A stretch of DNA of 64,000 nt from Antedon mediterranea (GCF_964355755.1 NC_092674.1:21452001-21516000), one strand, 5' to 3'; positions 49,437 through 62,792 are shown, counted from the first letter of the stretch. The notes: generated by a model not told the origin, from the sequence alone. Numbers and translations are program-made.

Positions 49437-52213
49437 TTACTGGTTTTTAAACCGGCTTGTATGTTGGGCAACTGCAGCACTTTTTTCAGGTCTTTCAAAT
49501 GCTGCGCACAATGATGGTGGTATGGTCTCTGTAAATGCATCTAGATTTGGTTCCATAACAACCTCAAGAAGACTCTTGAATAACTCATCAACATAATTAT
49601 ATGTACATTCTGTTAAAAGTTTTTTAACAATGTAACCCCCTTTTTTGTACTTGGGAAATGATATTACGTATTGCTTTTCTCCAGCCTTATTTACCATTTG
49701 TTCTCTTTTACTGTTCTCATTATAGTGAAGAGCAGCTATGAAAAGTCGACTCTTCATTCCACTATATGAAAAGTGGAACATTTTAGGAGCGAAATGATTA
49801 ATAAGGCTATGGTACCCTTCCACTGATGACGTTTTCCCATGTGGTGAAGAATTGCGAATGTCCTTCACCAACATTTTGGTTTCAACAAATTTTTGTAAGG
49901 CATCACAAGCTTCAGTATCAGCAGTCAACCACTTTGTTAACCGTTGGTCTGAAGGAGACATTACCGGATGGGCACATTCCGTATATGGTTCAGGATGTCC
50001 AGTATGAAGATTTTGTACATGTCTTACCACAGACTTCCACTTTGCTTCAATGATATCTTTTTCATCAATGTTGGTGGACATTACACACCAGTAATAATGG
50101 TTAGAAATAGATTTTTGCCAATTACCTAAAAGGTTACACGATTTTGTTGTTGATATGGCCTGGATCTTTTTCTTAATACTTTTTGCAATGTGCCAGCAGT
50201 CAAAATAATGCTTAATGTCTGGAAAATTATCCCTTAAATATTTTTGTAGTTGTCTATGTCTATCGGAAACAATTGTACTTATATTTACTTTGAAATCTTT
50301 AAAGACATCCAATGTTTTTTGTAGACCCTTAAGTTCCATATGATAAGATGATTTAAAATCACTACTCTGAACTAATTCAACATTCAAAATCTTATTTTCG
50401 GTCAAGTCAACTGATGTGTATGAACCATATTTTGCACTGTGGCCCATACTGTCACAGCGTCCATCTACTCCAATAGAAATATCCTTGCCCTGTAATTCAG
50501 CAAAGTGCTTATCCCTTTTAGAAAACCAATTATTCCTTACAACTCTGTGTAAGAAATTTTGTTGGTGACGGAAAAAAGTACGTTTACTAATGGCGCTCAC
50601 ATTTATACTTTTTAGCGCTCTTAAAAATTGTGTGGGTGTTGAGCCAGAAAAAAGAATAGACCCACTTAGTAGAATGTTACCCATTGGGGTACCTCTAGCT
50701 TCTGGCTGACTTTTCCACTCGCGGTTAGTGTGGCAACATAAGCATCTTATGTTTGCAATAAGCATGCTTCCCTTGTTACGACAACATACTTGAACTTTAC
50801 TGGAAAAATAGGAAAGGCATATAGAAAGTAGCATCAGTAGGTGATTGTGAAAAACAATGTATTTTGGCTGTCTATGTGCATCCCCATTAAATCCTTTCAT
50901 CTCATCATCTTCCATCTCTGTATCCTCACCATCTGAAACCGATACATACTCTTCCGGTCGATAATCTGAATCGCTATCATCTTCTGTCGACTCATCAAAA
51001 TCTTCATCATCTTCATCAGACGATTGTTCTTTGTATGTTGGTTTGGCTTTTTTGGGTGCCACGACTTTAGCTTTGCTCATTTTTCTTCGCCGAACACGTT
51101 TTCTTTGCTTTCGTGTCTGTGTGCCTCTGGACACCATAAGAGGCTTATCGCATACACTTGCCAGCTCCTGTTCATCCTCTTCCTCATCCTCTGTTCCAGT
51201 AATAAGCTCCCTGATCACTCCCGCCTTTTCTCTTTTAACAAATGCTGACCTGTTGGAATGAATATTAATACTATTAATAAATAAATATCAGACAAACCTA
51301 AACATTTTTTCTTTTATTTATTGAATCTATTACACTAACCTCTGTGCTGTACACTCTTTGGCCACGTGACCACCATCGTCGGATGTCTCCCTCACAACAT
51401 GTATTGTTGGTACCGCTGTTTTGGCATTCAGTAAAAGCCTAAAAGTAGTGAGGAAACCGTTGTCTAGTTAATAATATTAAGGGCAAAATAACGTAAGCAA
51501 TATAATTATAATATAGTTGTTAGTTCCCACTTACACCGACAGGACATTCTCCTACTGAGCATAACAGTGTAGGCATTGACTAACCTCCATCATGTTTGTA
51601 CAGCATTCAGTAGTACTAATTAGGCCTGGCTAGGCTAGCCCTTATCCCATTATTATTAATGTAATAAGCCAAATACATAACAACTAGGTTAGGCCTAGTT
51701 GAGTTATCTGTGTGGTGTAGGCAAAACTGTTACTATTACTTATTAATTATGTTAAGTTTATTTAAAGATAAACCAACATAAAGTAAATACTATACATATA
51801 TATCAGGCGGAGCAACTGTACTGTATGTATGTACAGTAGTTTTAATGTTACTGCAAATTATGTGCCGGCGCGTCTAGAAGGTAGGCTTGGCCCAGCGGGC
51901 CCAGCAGGCCTAACAATAGCGACGGCGAACGTATTTTATGCAGTTTTTGTTGAAGGTAAAATATTAAAAGTAAATTCATCTAATTAACAAATACTTACTT
52001 TGTAGCTAGACCAGCTTTGAATTGACCCATGTTTGTAAATGAATCGTCTGAAAAATGCTTAAAACAGAGCACTGATCGAGCTGTGGGTTTCCATTTATCG
52101 CGTTTTGTACGTACAAATCTTGTCCATTGCCTGGCGATGAAACTGTCCTTTGGCCACCGAAACAATAAGTTATTTTCATGATCACAATTCGCAGCAACAC
52201 AGCGAGAAGGCAT
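49437..52213 (-). CDS. Kolobok THAP-DDE transposase, 708 aa; exons 52213-51999, 51438-51340, 51249-49437
   Basis: THAP: CVAANC..WP..W..LCFKHF..AVPTI; core DGRCDSMGHSAKYG, SDRH, DCWH, TSSVEGYHS; both GT-AG introns are phase 2 and give one open frame. Confidence 0.9.
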
Positions 52214-53127
52214 ATTGATTTATTATAATAGATAAATAAGAAAGTAGCTGACAATAATAATAGTTGAAAATAACAATTAGTACCAGTAGAAAGCAGTATA
52301 CAGTATATATTATTAGTAGTAAACCAGCGTCTCATGCATGTACGTGTGTTGTTTTAAAAGGCGGAAGTAGAAAGTCTTCTGCCTGTGACGTCGCGCTTAT
52401 AAAGTACGAGGGCATATTAACGTTCCTAATTAAGAGGCGATTACGGCCATACCGTTAAAAGTAGGTCAATGCAAATTTCGGTCAAGATTTATAGACATTA
52501 AGTCTACCCAAAAAATCATTAATATCTTAATTTAAAGTCTGTGGCACTAGCACTTTAAGTTCGAGGGAATATATATTTCCCGAAGCGCCAGCTGAGGGAA
52601 ATATATATTCCCCGAGAACTTAATATCATTCCCGAGGGGATGTCAAATCTTATATTTAACCGATATAAAAGGCAATATCTGTTATATTATATAGCCAAGA
52701 ACAAGTCTGCTGGGTTGGGTGAAGCTATAGGCTAGGCCTCCTATAGTATTGTATTTAAACAAGCCTGCCTAGACACCTTACCTTGCGAAGAATAATATAC
52801 AGATAATTACTAATTAATGATTCCTTGGCAATAAAATATTCAATTAGGCCTAGGTCGTTTAAATTAACAGAAGAATTTCCATCAATAAGCCTATTAAAAA
52901 TAATAATATTATAATCAGGTAGGCCAAATAAACAATTCGTCTTCTTCTCGATCTTCGAGGAGCCGAATCACCGGATGTTCAGCGCGTACTAGTTACTAGG
53001 TTACTACCGTGAGTATTGACCAATCACAAACGGTGTTTCATCACATTTAGGGTGGACTTATAACAAATGAGGGCGCTATGTATGCATAGTTTAAATAGTT
53101 TAGATGAATAATTTCTTCAAGCAACTT

Positions 53128-53205
53128 GCGTGGCGCAGCGGTTGAAGTGTTGTCTTGCGATTGAGTGACAATTCCACCCGAGTTCAAGATCGAGTAGATG
53201 ACTTT
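53128..53205 (+). other. Degenerate tRNA-derived (A-box/B-box) segment
   Basis: TGGCGCAGCGG ... GAGTTCAAGATC followed by TTTT; cloverleaf incomplete. Confidence 0.3.
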
Positions 53206-53431
53206 TCTTTATTTATCGGCAACGCGAGTGTTGGCACAAGAAAATTACACAGTCAATATCATCGTACTCGAGAATCTATATGTTTAATGACAGGGAACAC
53301 GATAATTACGCGAAAATTACACAGTCAATATCATCGTTCTCGAGGATATATACGATTTATGATCCTCACAGGGGTAGTCATGTGATGCAGTTTCAACCAA
53401 TCACGTTAGCGTATTTACATAGGCTATGTAA

Positions 53432-54128
53432 TATTTCTAAATACAGGATGCCTTCCTTCATTGCATGCTTTCAACTTTATGTATTGGTACTCACGTTTAT
53501 TCTTGGCTTTTGTTGCTGTACCTAAGAGCCTCTATTGCATACAGATCTTTATTTTTTAGGGTCTTCACCTCGTTTCTTTCTGGCCTATAGATACATTTGG
53601 CAATTATTTGCCTAGGTTTTTAGTCTCCTCTGGTCTGTTTACCGGTTCTATGGGCGTTTTCAATGTTAATATCCTTCACGTGTAGTTTATCGCCTATCCT
53701 ATTTAGTATTTAGTTTACCTAGTGTATTTTCGTTTTCTTCTTCATTTATTCCTCCAAATCGTAAATTAAATGCTCTTGAATATCTTTATATTCTATAAAT
53801 ATCCCTTCTAGGTTACTAATTTGCTTATTTTTCTCCTTCAGTTCTGTTTCAATGTTGTCAACACGTGTATCTACTTACACTCGCTTGAGTTTCCGTAGTG
53901 GATATTGTGTAATATTCCAATGACTGATCCATACGTTGTGTTTCCTATACTCTTGTTATTCTTTCTATTTAAAATACCCGTTGATTGGATTTGATCGACG
54001 ATTTTTTTTAAATTAATTTCATTACACATCTCTTTTAGATTTTTTCGCAGGGACATTATTTCAGAAGATGACGTGTCAGTCCTCAAGTCGGTAGTCGCGG
54101 GAACTTTAAGCTGACGTGGCATAGGCAT
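53432..54128 (-). pseudogene. LINE ORF1 remnant (coiled coil plus RRM), probably the 5' part of the LINE at 45670-47560
   Basis: Hand translation gives RYSRAFNLRFGGINEEENENT, INIENAHRTGK, PRQIIAK. Confidence 0.7.
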
Positions 54129-55298
54129 TCACTACACCATTTAACAATTAATAATAACAACATCTTAAGCACGAGTTTCACTTGTTATGTTGTCGTGAAC
54201 TCGAATTCGATATCAGAAGATGACCTAGGCCTGAGTACACGGCAGGTCACAGAACAAGCTACAACCCTCAATATGTTTCTAATATGAGAACTACTGACGT
54301 TAGCAAAATATAGGTTGTGCACTTTATTAATACTAGGCCTATGGTTTAATCTACACAATTCACATAGTCCATAGACGTCACTCAATATAGCCAAGTTGCA
54401 CTATTATAGGTTTATAATAGCCTTACTCTATCAAATAATATATATCTACATAAATCTATCGTATTCACTCAATTCAAGCGCTATATTTTGCAAATTCATA
54501 CCGAACATTAAGACATTGTAATGCAAAAAGGAATTTAATTTAAGCAATTTGCGTATTAAAGCATTTATATCAGCGGCAGACTGAAACACATATGCCTACC
54601 ATGATTTGTAAAAACAAATTGAACACCATTGTAATTGAAAATACTTTCGGAAAGCGCACTTCGCTATTATTGATCTTCTTGCACTTGACCCCTGACCAAA
54701 GGGGCCTACGCAATAACCGAACAATGGTGTTTGTAGGTAAAAGATACAGTCTGCTACATTTTTATATTACAGTACTAAGTTTGATACGCTCATTCCTATT
54801 GACTTCCCCTTAAAAAATCTACCTATACATATAAATATGCGTTGATATGAATCTTATTGTTATTTTTACATAGCGCCACCAGTGGGCATTTTGACTTTTC
54901 AAAACAGGATTTTATATGTATCAAAATGTCATACGTGCCAAAACATTTATTATTATTATTATTATCATGCCGGTAGGCTAAGACATACAAACTATTTAAA
55001 CATACAATAATTGTTTACTCACATGTAAAAAATAAATGAATTTTAACTGATTCCGTAACTGATTAGTAACTGATATTTTACAATTTCATTTACAATTAAT
55101 TTTCAGAATTTTGAATAATGATATTTAAATACGCAATGCAAATATCATGAATATTACAATCAAAACAATTAAATATGAATTAAAAATATTTTTGTGTAAA
55201 TTCCAAAAGATAATTTTTGAATAAATGTAAAAACCACAATAAGATGGATCTAGATGACAAATTTCGTTTTTGTAAAAGCACAAGTTAACGGAGTACTT

Positions 55299-55349
55299 AC
55301 TCGAACGTTTCGATCTCTATCAGAGATCTTTCTCAACTGACTGCGGAGT
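55299..55349 (-). ncRNA. Minimal hammerhead-ribozyme-like motif (U3-A8 core variant)
   Basis: TTGAGAA-[GATCTCT gat AGAGATC]-GAAACGTTC on the minus strand. Confidence 0.55.
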
Positions 55350-57812
55350 GTTAATGCAGCTTGGTCATTCTTGACGTCATCTGTTGATGACGTCGTACGC
55401 CTCCGGTTGTAGGTTGGAGGTTGTGCGGGGCTCGGCCAGGTGATGTGTCTATCAAATCATTGTACAAATGCGAGAGTTCGTGGGCTCCAGTGTCCCGGTT
55501 CATGGTCTTCTCCTTATTTCTCCTTATATGTAATGATTCTCTAATCTGTCTGTCTTTGCGTTTAGGCTCTTTGGTTAAGATGGTAGCCTCCCAGTTTGGT
55601 ACATGATTGTGTTTTATGACATGTTCTGTAATGGCAGATTTGTGTATGATCGAAGATGTGGATGTTCTTGAGGCCCTAGTCATTACTCCCCCCGTGTTTG
55701 TTGTAACATCTTTTTTGTGATCATTAATTCGTGTTTGTAATGCCCTCCCTGTTTCCCCAATGTAAACTTGTGGACAGTTGCGGCAGGTGACTTCGTAGAT
55801 TACTCCACATGTATCCATCTTCTCGATTTTATCTTTTGGGTGGACGAGGCTATTCTTGATTTTATTTTGGGGTAGGAAATAGGTTCCGACATTGTGATAG
55901 GAGAGAGTGCGTCGTATTCTTTCTGCCATTCCTTTTACGTAGGGGATTCCTATGCTACCTCGCATCTTGATCTTTTCCTTCTGTGGTTCGTGTCCTTTGT
56001 TCTTTTTTTCGTTTTCGGTTTTCCATAACTCTCTGGAAGGACCACTCTGGATACTGGCAGTTGTGTAACGCTTTCTTGATGTTATCCATCTCAACTTTCC
56101 TCAAATCCATATCTCCCACTACCTTCTCAGCTCTGTCCACAAGCGTGTTTATAAGCCCCAGTTTGTGTTCGAGTGGATGATGTGAGTTGAAATGTAAATA
56201 TTGGTCTGTGTGAGTGGGCTTCCGATAAACTGAGGTGGTAACTGTTCCATTGTCATTGAGTGTGATGAGCATGTCCAGGAAAGGTATTGTGTTGTTTGTC
56301 ATCGATTCTGTGGTGAACTTGTATTGATATTGTCAGTTATATCGATGTTATTAAGATGTGTGTTAAATGTATGTACTGTACCTATGGGGATGATAGCTAA
56401 TACATCATCAACGTATCGTTTTCAATACACAGGCTTGATGTTAGTGGGTGCCGTGTTTATGGCTTGATGTTCGAGCCACTCTAGATACAAGTTCGCCAAT
56501 ATAGGACTTATTGGGCTTCCCATAGCAATGCCTTGTATTTGCTTATAAATGTTACCATTGAACGAGAAATAGGTTTTGTTCACAATTAAACCGAGGAGCT
56601 CCATTATGTCTGTCACATGTAGTTTAGTTCTATCCAGAAGTGTCGGATCTGTTGTTAGGCGATTTTCGACAACTTTGAGGGCCTCTTCTACTGGTGTTTT
56701 TGTAAACAGAGATACTACGTCAAACGAGACAAATGTTTCACTTGGTTTGACTATTATTTCTTTTAGTTCACTCGCCAACTCTCCTGAGTAAGTTACATGA
56801 TGTTCTGTGTTTCCGACAAGTGGACCCAGGATTTTGGTGAGGAATTGTGCAACGGTGTAAAAAACGGTGTTGATGTTATCTACTATAGGTCTTAATGGCC
56901 AATTTGGTTTATGTATCTTCGGAAGACAATACAACCTAGGTACAATTTCAGCCGTGGGAAACAGCCATTCTTTCTCTCTGTAGTTGATTTTCTTTTCTTT
57001 GAACAACCTGCCTATGATGTTGACCACTTTTCGTTTATAGTTTTGTGTTGGATTACGTTTTAGCAGTTCGTAAACATTAGTGTCGCTCACCATGGTTCCC
57101 ACTTTATCTTTGTAATCATTAGTATTTAGGATGACAGTAGATCTACCTTTATCCGCTGGGAGAATAAGAATAGATTTATCTTTCTTCAAGTTGTTTATGG
57201 CCTTTCGTTCTTTGAGGGTTAAATTTGAAGGTGGTAGAGTGGTAGATTTTACAATAGCTACAATTTTACTGCGAACGGTGTCTTGTTCTTCCAGGGGGAC
57301 GAGATCAGCCGCTTTTTCACCCGCTACTATGAGATCGTCAATGGGCATGGATCGTGGGCTCGCCGCATAGTTCAATCCCCTTTGTAATGCTGATATTTCG
57401 TCCTCACTAACCAACTTACTAGACAGATTTACCACCCATTTTTCTCTTAAGATCTTACCGGATAAATCCTGTTCTTGATGTAAATCTCTAGCGGCGTTTT
57501 CTGCTTTGTTTTTCCACCACAACAGTTTGTTTTGTTGTCGTGATCGGCATTTTAAGAATTCCGCTTCACACACTTTGTTTACGTGATTAAATACATTGGT
57601 GATGTCCCCTCCGTTGGGAATTAGCGATACGATTTCCTCATTTAAATCTTTCTTTTTGCCTTCTAACTGTGTGATTTTGTTGGTGGTGATTCTTATTCTC
57701 TCGCGTAAAAGCTGTCTTTCTGCATGTTTTTTTTTTGTTCAACCTCCAACCTACAACCGGAGGCGTACGACGTCATCAACAGATGACGTCAAGAATGACC
57801 AAGCTGCATTAA

Positions 57813-57864
57813 CACTCCGCAGTCAGTTGAGAAGGATCTCTGATAGAGATCGAAACGTTCGAGT
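57813..57864 (+). ncRNA. Minimal hammerhead-ribozyme-like motif, inverted pLTR copy
   Basis: TTGAGAAG GATCTCTGATAGAGATC GAAACGTTC, followed by donor-like GAGTAAGT. Confidence 0.55.
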
Positions 57865-59011
57865 AAGTACTCCGTTAACTTGTGCTTTTACAAAAACGAA
57901 ATTTGTCATCTATACAAAATCGAAGCTAAATGAAATTCTTTCAAGATTTAAGACGGATCTAATTTGCATAATAATTGCGAAAGTTGAATAATTACTTCGA
58001 GTTCAAGCTAAAAATGTCATGATTTAGCAGCAGTCATTTTTCATTTTCAAAACTCCATTATACGTCAGGCCACTGTCATTATCTGTTGAAGAGATATAAA
58101 TCATGGTTATAATACACCTAATTACATCCTTCATTAGTTAGTTGATTATTTCGTTCCATTCAATGGTTTTGTTCAATGATCAGCCTATTGTTACAATTTA
58201 AGATTGTCGCACTTGAAACAATATACTGTAGTGTAATTATTTCCACAACGGTAGGAAGCAAATAGAGGTAACTCAAGTTAAGTGAGACCTACCTTTGTGT
58301 TACGCTAGCGATCGGACAGGACAACAAACAAACACAGATAAACCATCATTGGATGGAAATGTTATTTATCATAATGACGAATATTAAAACGTGTATATTG
58401 GTAAAACATAGATGACATTAACACAAATCACTTATAGTATAAAACTTAATTGTATTACATAATATAAACGTTATGTCATCTGAAACCATAAATCAAATAC
58501 TGCATACCAGATATCAGTAATCAGACTATTTTAAAACAAAGTATAAATCAAAGTATAAATTTGAGAGTACCCTTTCCCAGGTGCAAACATTATTGTAGCT
58601 GAAGATTTTACGCCAAAATTACAAGATGAAAGGAAAAAGTTATAGAAGAAGCAATGGAAATTAATGCAGGGAAATCCAAAAAGAAAGATATTTGTCAACT
58701 ATCCAGCCAACCTCCGTATAGTGGAGCCTGATGGATCTAGTACTGTGATAAAAGCGAATGAAATTAAATGAGGAATGATATTGTTACGCTCTTAACTGAC
58801 ACAATCCGGTCCGTTTCAAAGAAAGTGTTGGGATATGCGACTTTATTTTTTTTTTCTATATATATTTTTCAAGCAAAAAATATATATAGACCTACAGAAC
58901 CGTAAGTCATACCTCGTAAACTCTGCTTGTGTAGCCAAACGTGGTCATTCCTTCTAAGATACACCGTTGTATATGAAGAAGTTAATGTTTAACTATTTAA
59001 ATTAATCTATT

Positions 59012-59142
59012 GTCCACTATGTCGGTCGGTCGGTCTGTCTGTCTGTCTGTCGGTCTGTCGGTCTGTCTGTCGGTCTGTCGGTCTGTCTGTCCGGTATCAC
59101 TATGCATTGTAGCACGCGACTTAATGGCTGTTGGCCTTGTTA
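59012..59142 (-). mobile_element. Short HINE/DINE-1-like element, inverted partial copy
   Basis: Reverse complement of ~59852-59950; (GTCT/GTCG)n microsatellite. Confidence 0.65.
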
Positions 59143-59851
59143 TTATTCGTACATGTTTTATTTTCTGATGGAAGTGAATTGTTTTGTAATTATATTTTTT
59201 GAATTTTTTTTAATTTTTCTATTATTTTAGTGTTGTAATGATTATTACTTCCTCTCACCTAATATGTAATGATATTGTAGAATTGCACTTCTGGAAAAAG
59301 TGTAAGGTGAATTTTATTCTTTTATTAATGATCACAAGATCTTTGATTTCCATTTGTTCCTATGCTAAAGGTATGCCTCTAACAATTATTATCTACATAA
59401 ATGGCTAATATGAAAATATGTTCGTTAAAATGTGAAGGGATTAAGAGATAGGAGAAAAAGACGTGAATTATTTTTATGGTTAGAAGCAAAGAAATGTTAT
59501 ACAAGAGACCCATAGCTCCTGTATAGAGGCCGATTGCTGGGAAAAGGAATGGGGAGATAAAATTATATGGAGACATGGTACTTCGAATAGTAGAGGAACT
59601 ACAATTCTTTTTAACACCCGAAATAATTTCTCGTATACCATTGAAAAAAAGCTTTACAGATCAAAAAGGTAGATATGCAATTGTTGAAAACTTCCGATAA
59701 CATTTTTACATGCATTAATATATATGGCCCTAATGCAGATAGCTCTCAGTTTTTTTAGAGAAATAGATAAATTCATATAATATGGTTTCTGCTGCAATCA
59801 CATTATTTATGGAGGGGATTTTAATTGTGTGCTAGATTTAAATCTTGATAA

Positions 59852-60757
59852 AACAAGGCCAACAGCCATTAAGTCGCGTGCTACAATGCATAATGATACC
59901 GGACCGACAGACAGACCGACAGACAGACCGACACACAGACCGACCGACATAGTGAACTATAGTCGCGTCCACGCGACTAAAAAGGCATAATTTTGACGAA
60001 TTTTGTAACTTTTTCATCAAAAACGTGCGCAAATTATCCAATTCGTCGTGCTCGTATGACGTAATTTTAAGTCGAAATTGTTTAAAAGATGGTAACATTA
60101 TTAGAAAAGGCTGCAAAAACATAAATCACGCGAAAAAAGTATGTATTTAACGCTACGTGCGCACCACGCGCGTAAACATTTGCGCTCGTTTGGGAATTTT
60201 TGACATGCTCAAATTGACAAGAAACGCGTAGAAAGTTGATTAAAAATGAATTTTGCGCATTTTAAAATTGTAAATGCGCATGCGCGCGTAACTTTGTGGC
60301 TTTGTGACTAATGGCAATTTTGTAAACGCTTAAAATTGCCTGAAACGTACTCTTATTTCATCAAAAATAAATTTTGAAAATGTTAAGCGCGCGTACGCAT
60401 GCGTTACATGCGCTACGCACGTAATTGTATTGCCATATGATGATTTATGCCCTGAAATTTATGAGTACCAATTTTATTTAATTTTGATTCATGGTTGTGA
60501 AGATATGATTACAAACGTGATTTCGTTAAATCGTGCGTAGACCGCGTAATCTTTTATTGCGCACCGTGAAAACATAACCACATCGATTCCTGGCCATAAG
60601 GAATATACTGTGAAAAATTGACTTAGCTAGATTAAACTGATATCAAGATAAGGTCAGAAAGCTGTAAAACGCATAGTGATACCGGACCGACAGACCGACA
60701 GACCGACAGACCGATCGACCGACATAGTGAACTATAGAGTCGCTTCCACGCGACTAA
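59852..60757 (+). mobile_element. HINE/DINE-1-like non-autonomous Helentron-type element
   Basis: Inserted in an A-run of the L1 endonuclease (LDK|KGG); two modules of (GACA/GACC)n followed by the hairpin AGTCGCGTCCACGCGACT; no TSD. Confidence 0.65.
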
Positions 60758-62720
60758 AAAGGTGGTAGAATGCATACCAATTTTAAGGCCCGTGATGAGA
60801 TAAGAAAGTGTATGGAAAAAAAGATCTTTAATTGGCATATGGCGTAAAATTAATCCAAAGTCAAAGAGATTTACATGGCAATCGAAAAATGACCCGCCTA
60901 TATTATGTCGACTGGATTTCGATTTAATCACAAAATAGCTTAAAACATGTGTGAAAAATTATGTAATAACATCTGGTTATAGGACGGACCATTCAATGAT
61001 TATCTCGCTTTTAAAAATAATTATGAAAAACCGGGTAAAGGAATTTGGAAATTAAATGTTTCACTATAAACGGATATAAATTATGTCAATGATTATGATT
61101 AAACAAAGTATTACAAATATTAAAAATGAGAACTATTAACTACTGAGAAAATACATCACAATAAAAAATCTATACTAAGTTTAGAAAGTGATGAAGGAAA
61201 CATTGTCACTGGAAATAAGGAAGTATTAAAAGAGGAATACCATTTTTATTCTAAATTATATAGTAGTGATTGTTCTATTAATACTGTTAAAGTGCTAGAA
61301 AAATTATCCGAAAATGAAATGAAAAATTGCGAAGGTCAAGTTGAATTAGATGAATGTACAAGTGCCATGAAATCTATGGCGAATTCAAAAAGTCCGGGAT
61401 GTGACGGCTATCCAATTGAATTTTTTACATTTTTTAAAAATCAAATTGGTGACATTCTGGTTGAATCACTTAATTATTGCTTTAAAAATGGTAGATTATC
61501 AGATAGTCAACGAAGAGGGGTAATCTCACTAATTAATTCCGAAGGATGGCAAAGATGATTTATTATTAAAAAAATCGAGGCCAATATCGATTTTAAATGT
61601 TGATTATAAAATAATTACAAAAGCCATTTCAAACAGAATGAGGAATGTACTGGGAACAATTATCTCTAATGACCAGACCAGATTTTTGCCAAATAGATAT
61701 ATAGGAGAAAATGTAAGATTAATAATGGATCTGATTGAATATGCAGATAAAAACGATATTCCAAGAACCTTATTTTTTTATTGATTTTGAAAAGGCGTAA
61801 ATTGAATGGTCTTACATCAATAAGTCTTGATCTGTTTGGTTTTTGGAAATGACTTAAAGAATTGGGTAAATTTATTTTATACAGATATAAGTAGCTGTGA
61901 TGTCAATAATGGTGTCTATCCAACTATTTTAAATTAACGAGGGGCGTGCGTCAAGGGTGCACACTTAGTTGTTATACTTTTATTTTGTGTGCTGAATTAA
62001 TGGGCATTGCAGTACGACAATATTAAAACAACAATATTAAAGGAATTTTTGTTATTCCTGACAGTCAAATAAAAATCACCCAGTTTGCTGATGATACCAC
62101 TCTAATTTTTTATGGAACTGAAGCATCCATAACTTATGCAATTAAACTTATAGAATACTTTGGTGATATTTCCGGGTTGACATTAAATAAAGCAAAATCA
62201 AGCTTTTTAAATATTGGTAGGCTGAAAAATATAATTAAGAACTTCGCTCCTGATTATAAATTGACCAAAGGACCTGTTAAATTTCTGGGAAAAAACATCT
62301 CTTTGGATGAAAGCAATTTGAATTATGAGGCTCAATTTGAAAAACTAAAGACGATTCTGAATATTTGGTCGCGAAGAGATTTAACACAAATAGGAAATAT
62401 TGCAATTATTAAATCACTGGCACTTTCTCAATTAACATATTTATTCTCTGTCCTCCCTTCTCCTTCCAATAAATTTATGAAAAAATTGGAGCCAACTCTA
62501 TTTAAATTTATTTGGGACGGGAGGCCTGAAAAAGTATGTTGAGAGTCTATGTATAACGATAAGGATAATGGAGGTTTAAAAATGACAAATATTAAAAAAA
62601 TTTATGAAGCTTTAAAAATAACCTAGGTTAAAAGATTCCTTGACACAACATCTAATGGAAAATGGAATAAAGTAATTAGAAAACAAATTTTGAGCATATA
62701 TATATAACAATACCATGAAA

Positions 62721-62792
62721 GCCTCAGTGGTCTAATGGTTAGGGCAACTGCATATCAAGCAGACGGTCCGAGTTCGAGTCTCGGTTGGGGCG
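62721..62792 (+). tRNA. tRNA-like gene/pseudogene or SINE head, apparent anticodon ATC (Asp-like)
   Basis: Acceptor GCCTCAG/TTGGGGC, A box TGGTCTAATGG, T arm CCGAG-TTCGAGT-CTCGG, TTTTT at 62795; D and anticodon stems imperfect. Confidence 0.5.

Larger units (their letters stand above)
47831..52554. mobile_element. Complete Kolobok DNA transposon (4724 bp), two convergent genes
   Basis: 15-bp perfect TIR AGTGCTAGTGCCACA, TSD TTAA (47827-47830, 52555-52558). Confidence 0.9.
47762..53431. mobile_element. Palindromic non-autonomous element (possibly Crypton-like), split by the Kolobok
   Basis: After removing 47831-52558, GGTTAAATATAAGATTTGACATCCCC..GATATTAAGTTC.. folds back on ..GAACTTAATATC..GGGGATGTCAAATCTTATATTTAACC around CCGAAGCGCCAGCTGAGG; second inverted pair ATTATATAGCC (52686) / GGCTATGTAAT (~53421). 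Confidence 0.5.
55251..57912 (-). mobile_element. Penelope-like element (RT plus GIY-YIG), 5'-truncated, with an inverted 173-bp pLTR copy
   Basis: ADKGRSTV, LPKIHKP..PLRPIV, SFDVVSLFT, MGSPISP, RYVDD, YRKPTHT, GVIYEVTC..YIGETGR; 55251-55423 is the reverse complement of 57740-57912; stop at 56422 and frameshifts. Confidence 0.95.
58480..62690 (+). mobile_element. Decayed L1/Tx1-clade LINE (ORF1 C-terminus, APE, RT)
   Basis: IIVAEDFT..ERKKL, NIYGPN, GGDFNCVLD..DKKGG, KSPGCDGYPIEF, RPISILNVDYK, GVRQG, QFADDTT, FKFIWDG. Confidence 0.85.

Noticed and set aside
47827-52558. piggyBac assignment from the TTAA target
   Set aside because: Termini are AG..CT rather than CC..GG, and the THAP-DDE plus convergent second gene fit Kolobok.
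53871-54128. ORF resembling a CARD/death-fold exon
   Set aside because: The downstream sequence translates to LINE ORF1 motifs (NLRFGGI, ENAHRTG, PRQIIAK), so it is better explained as the ORF1 N-terminus.
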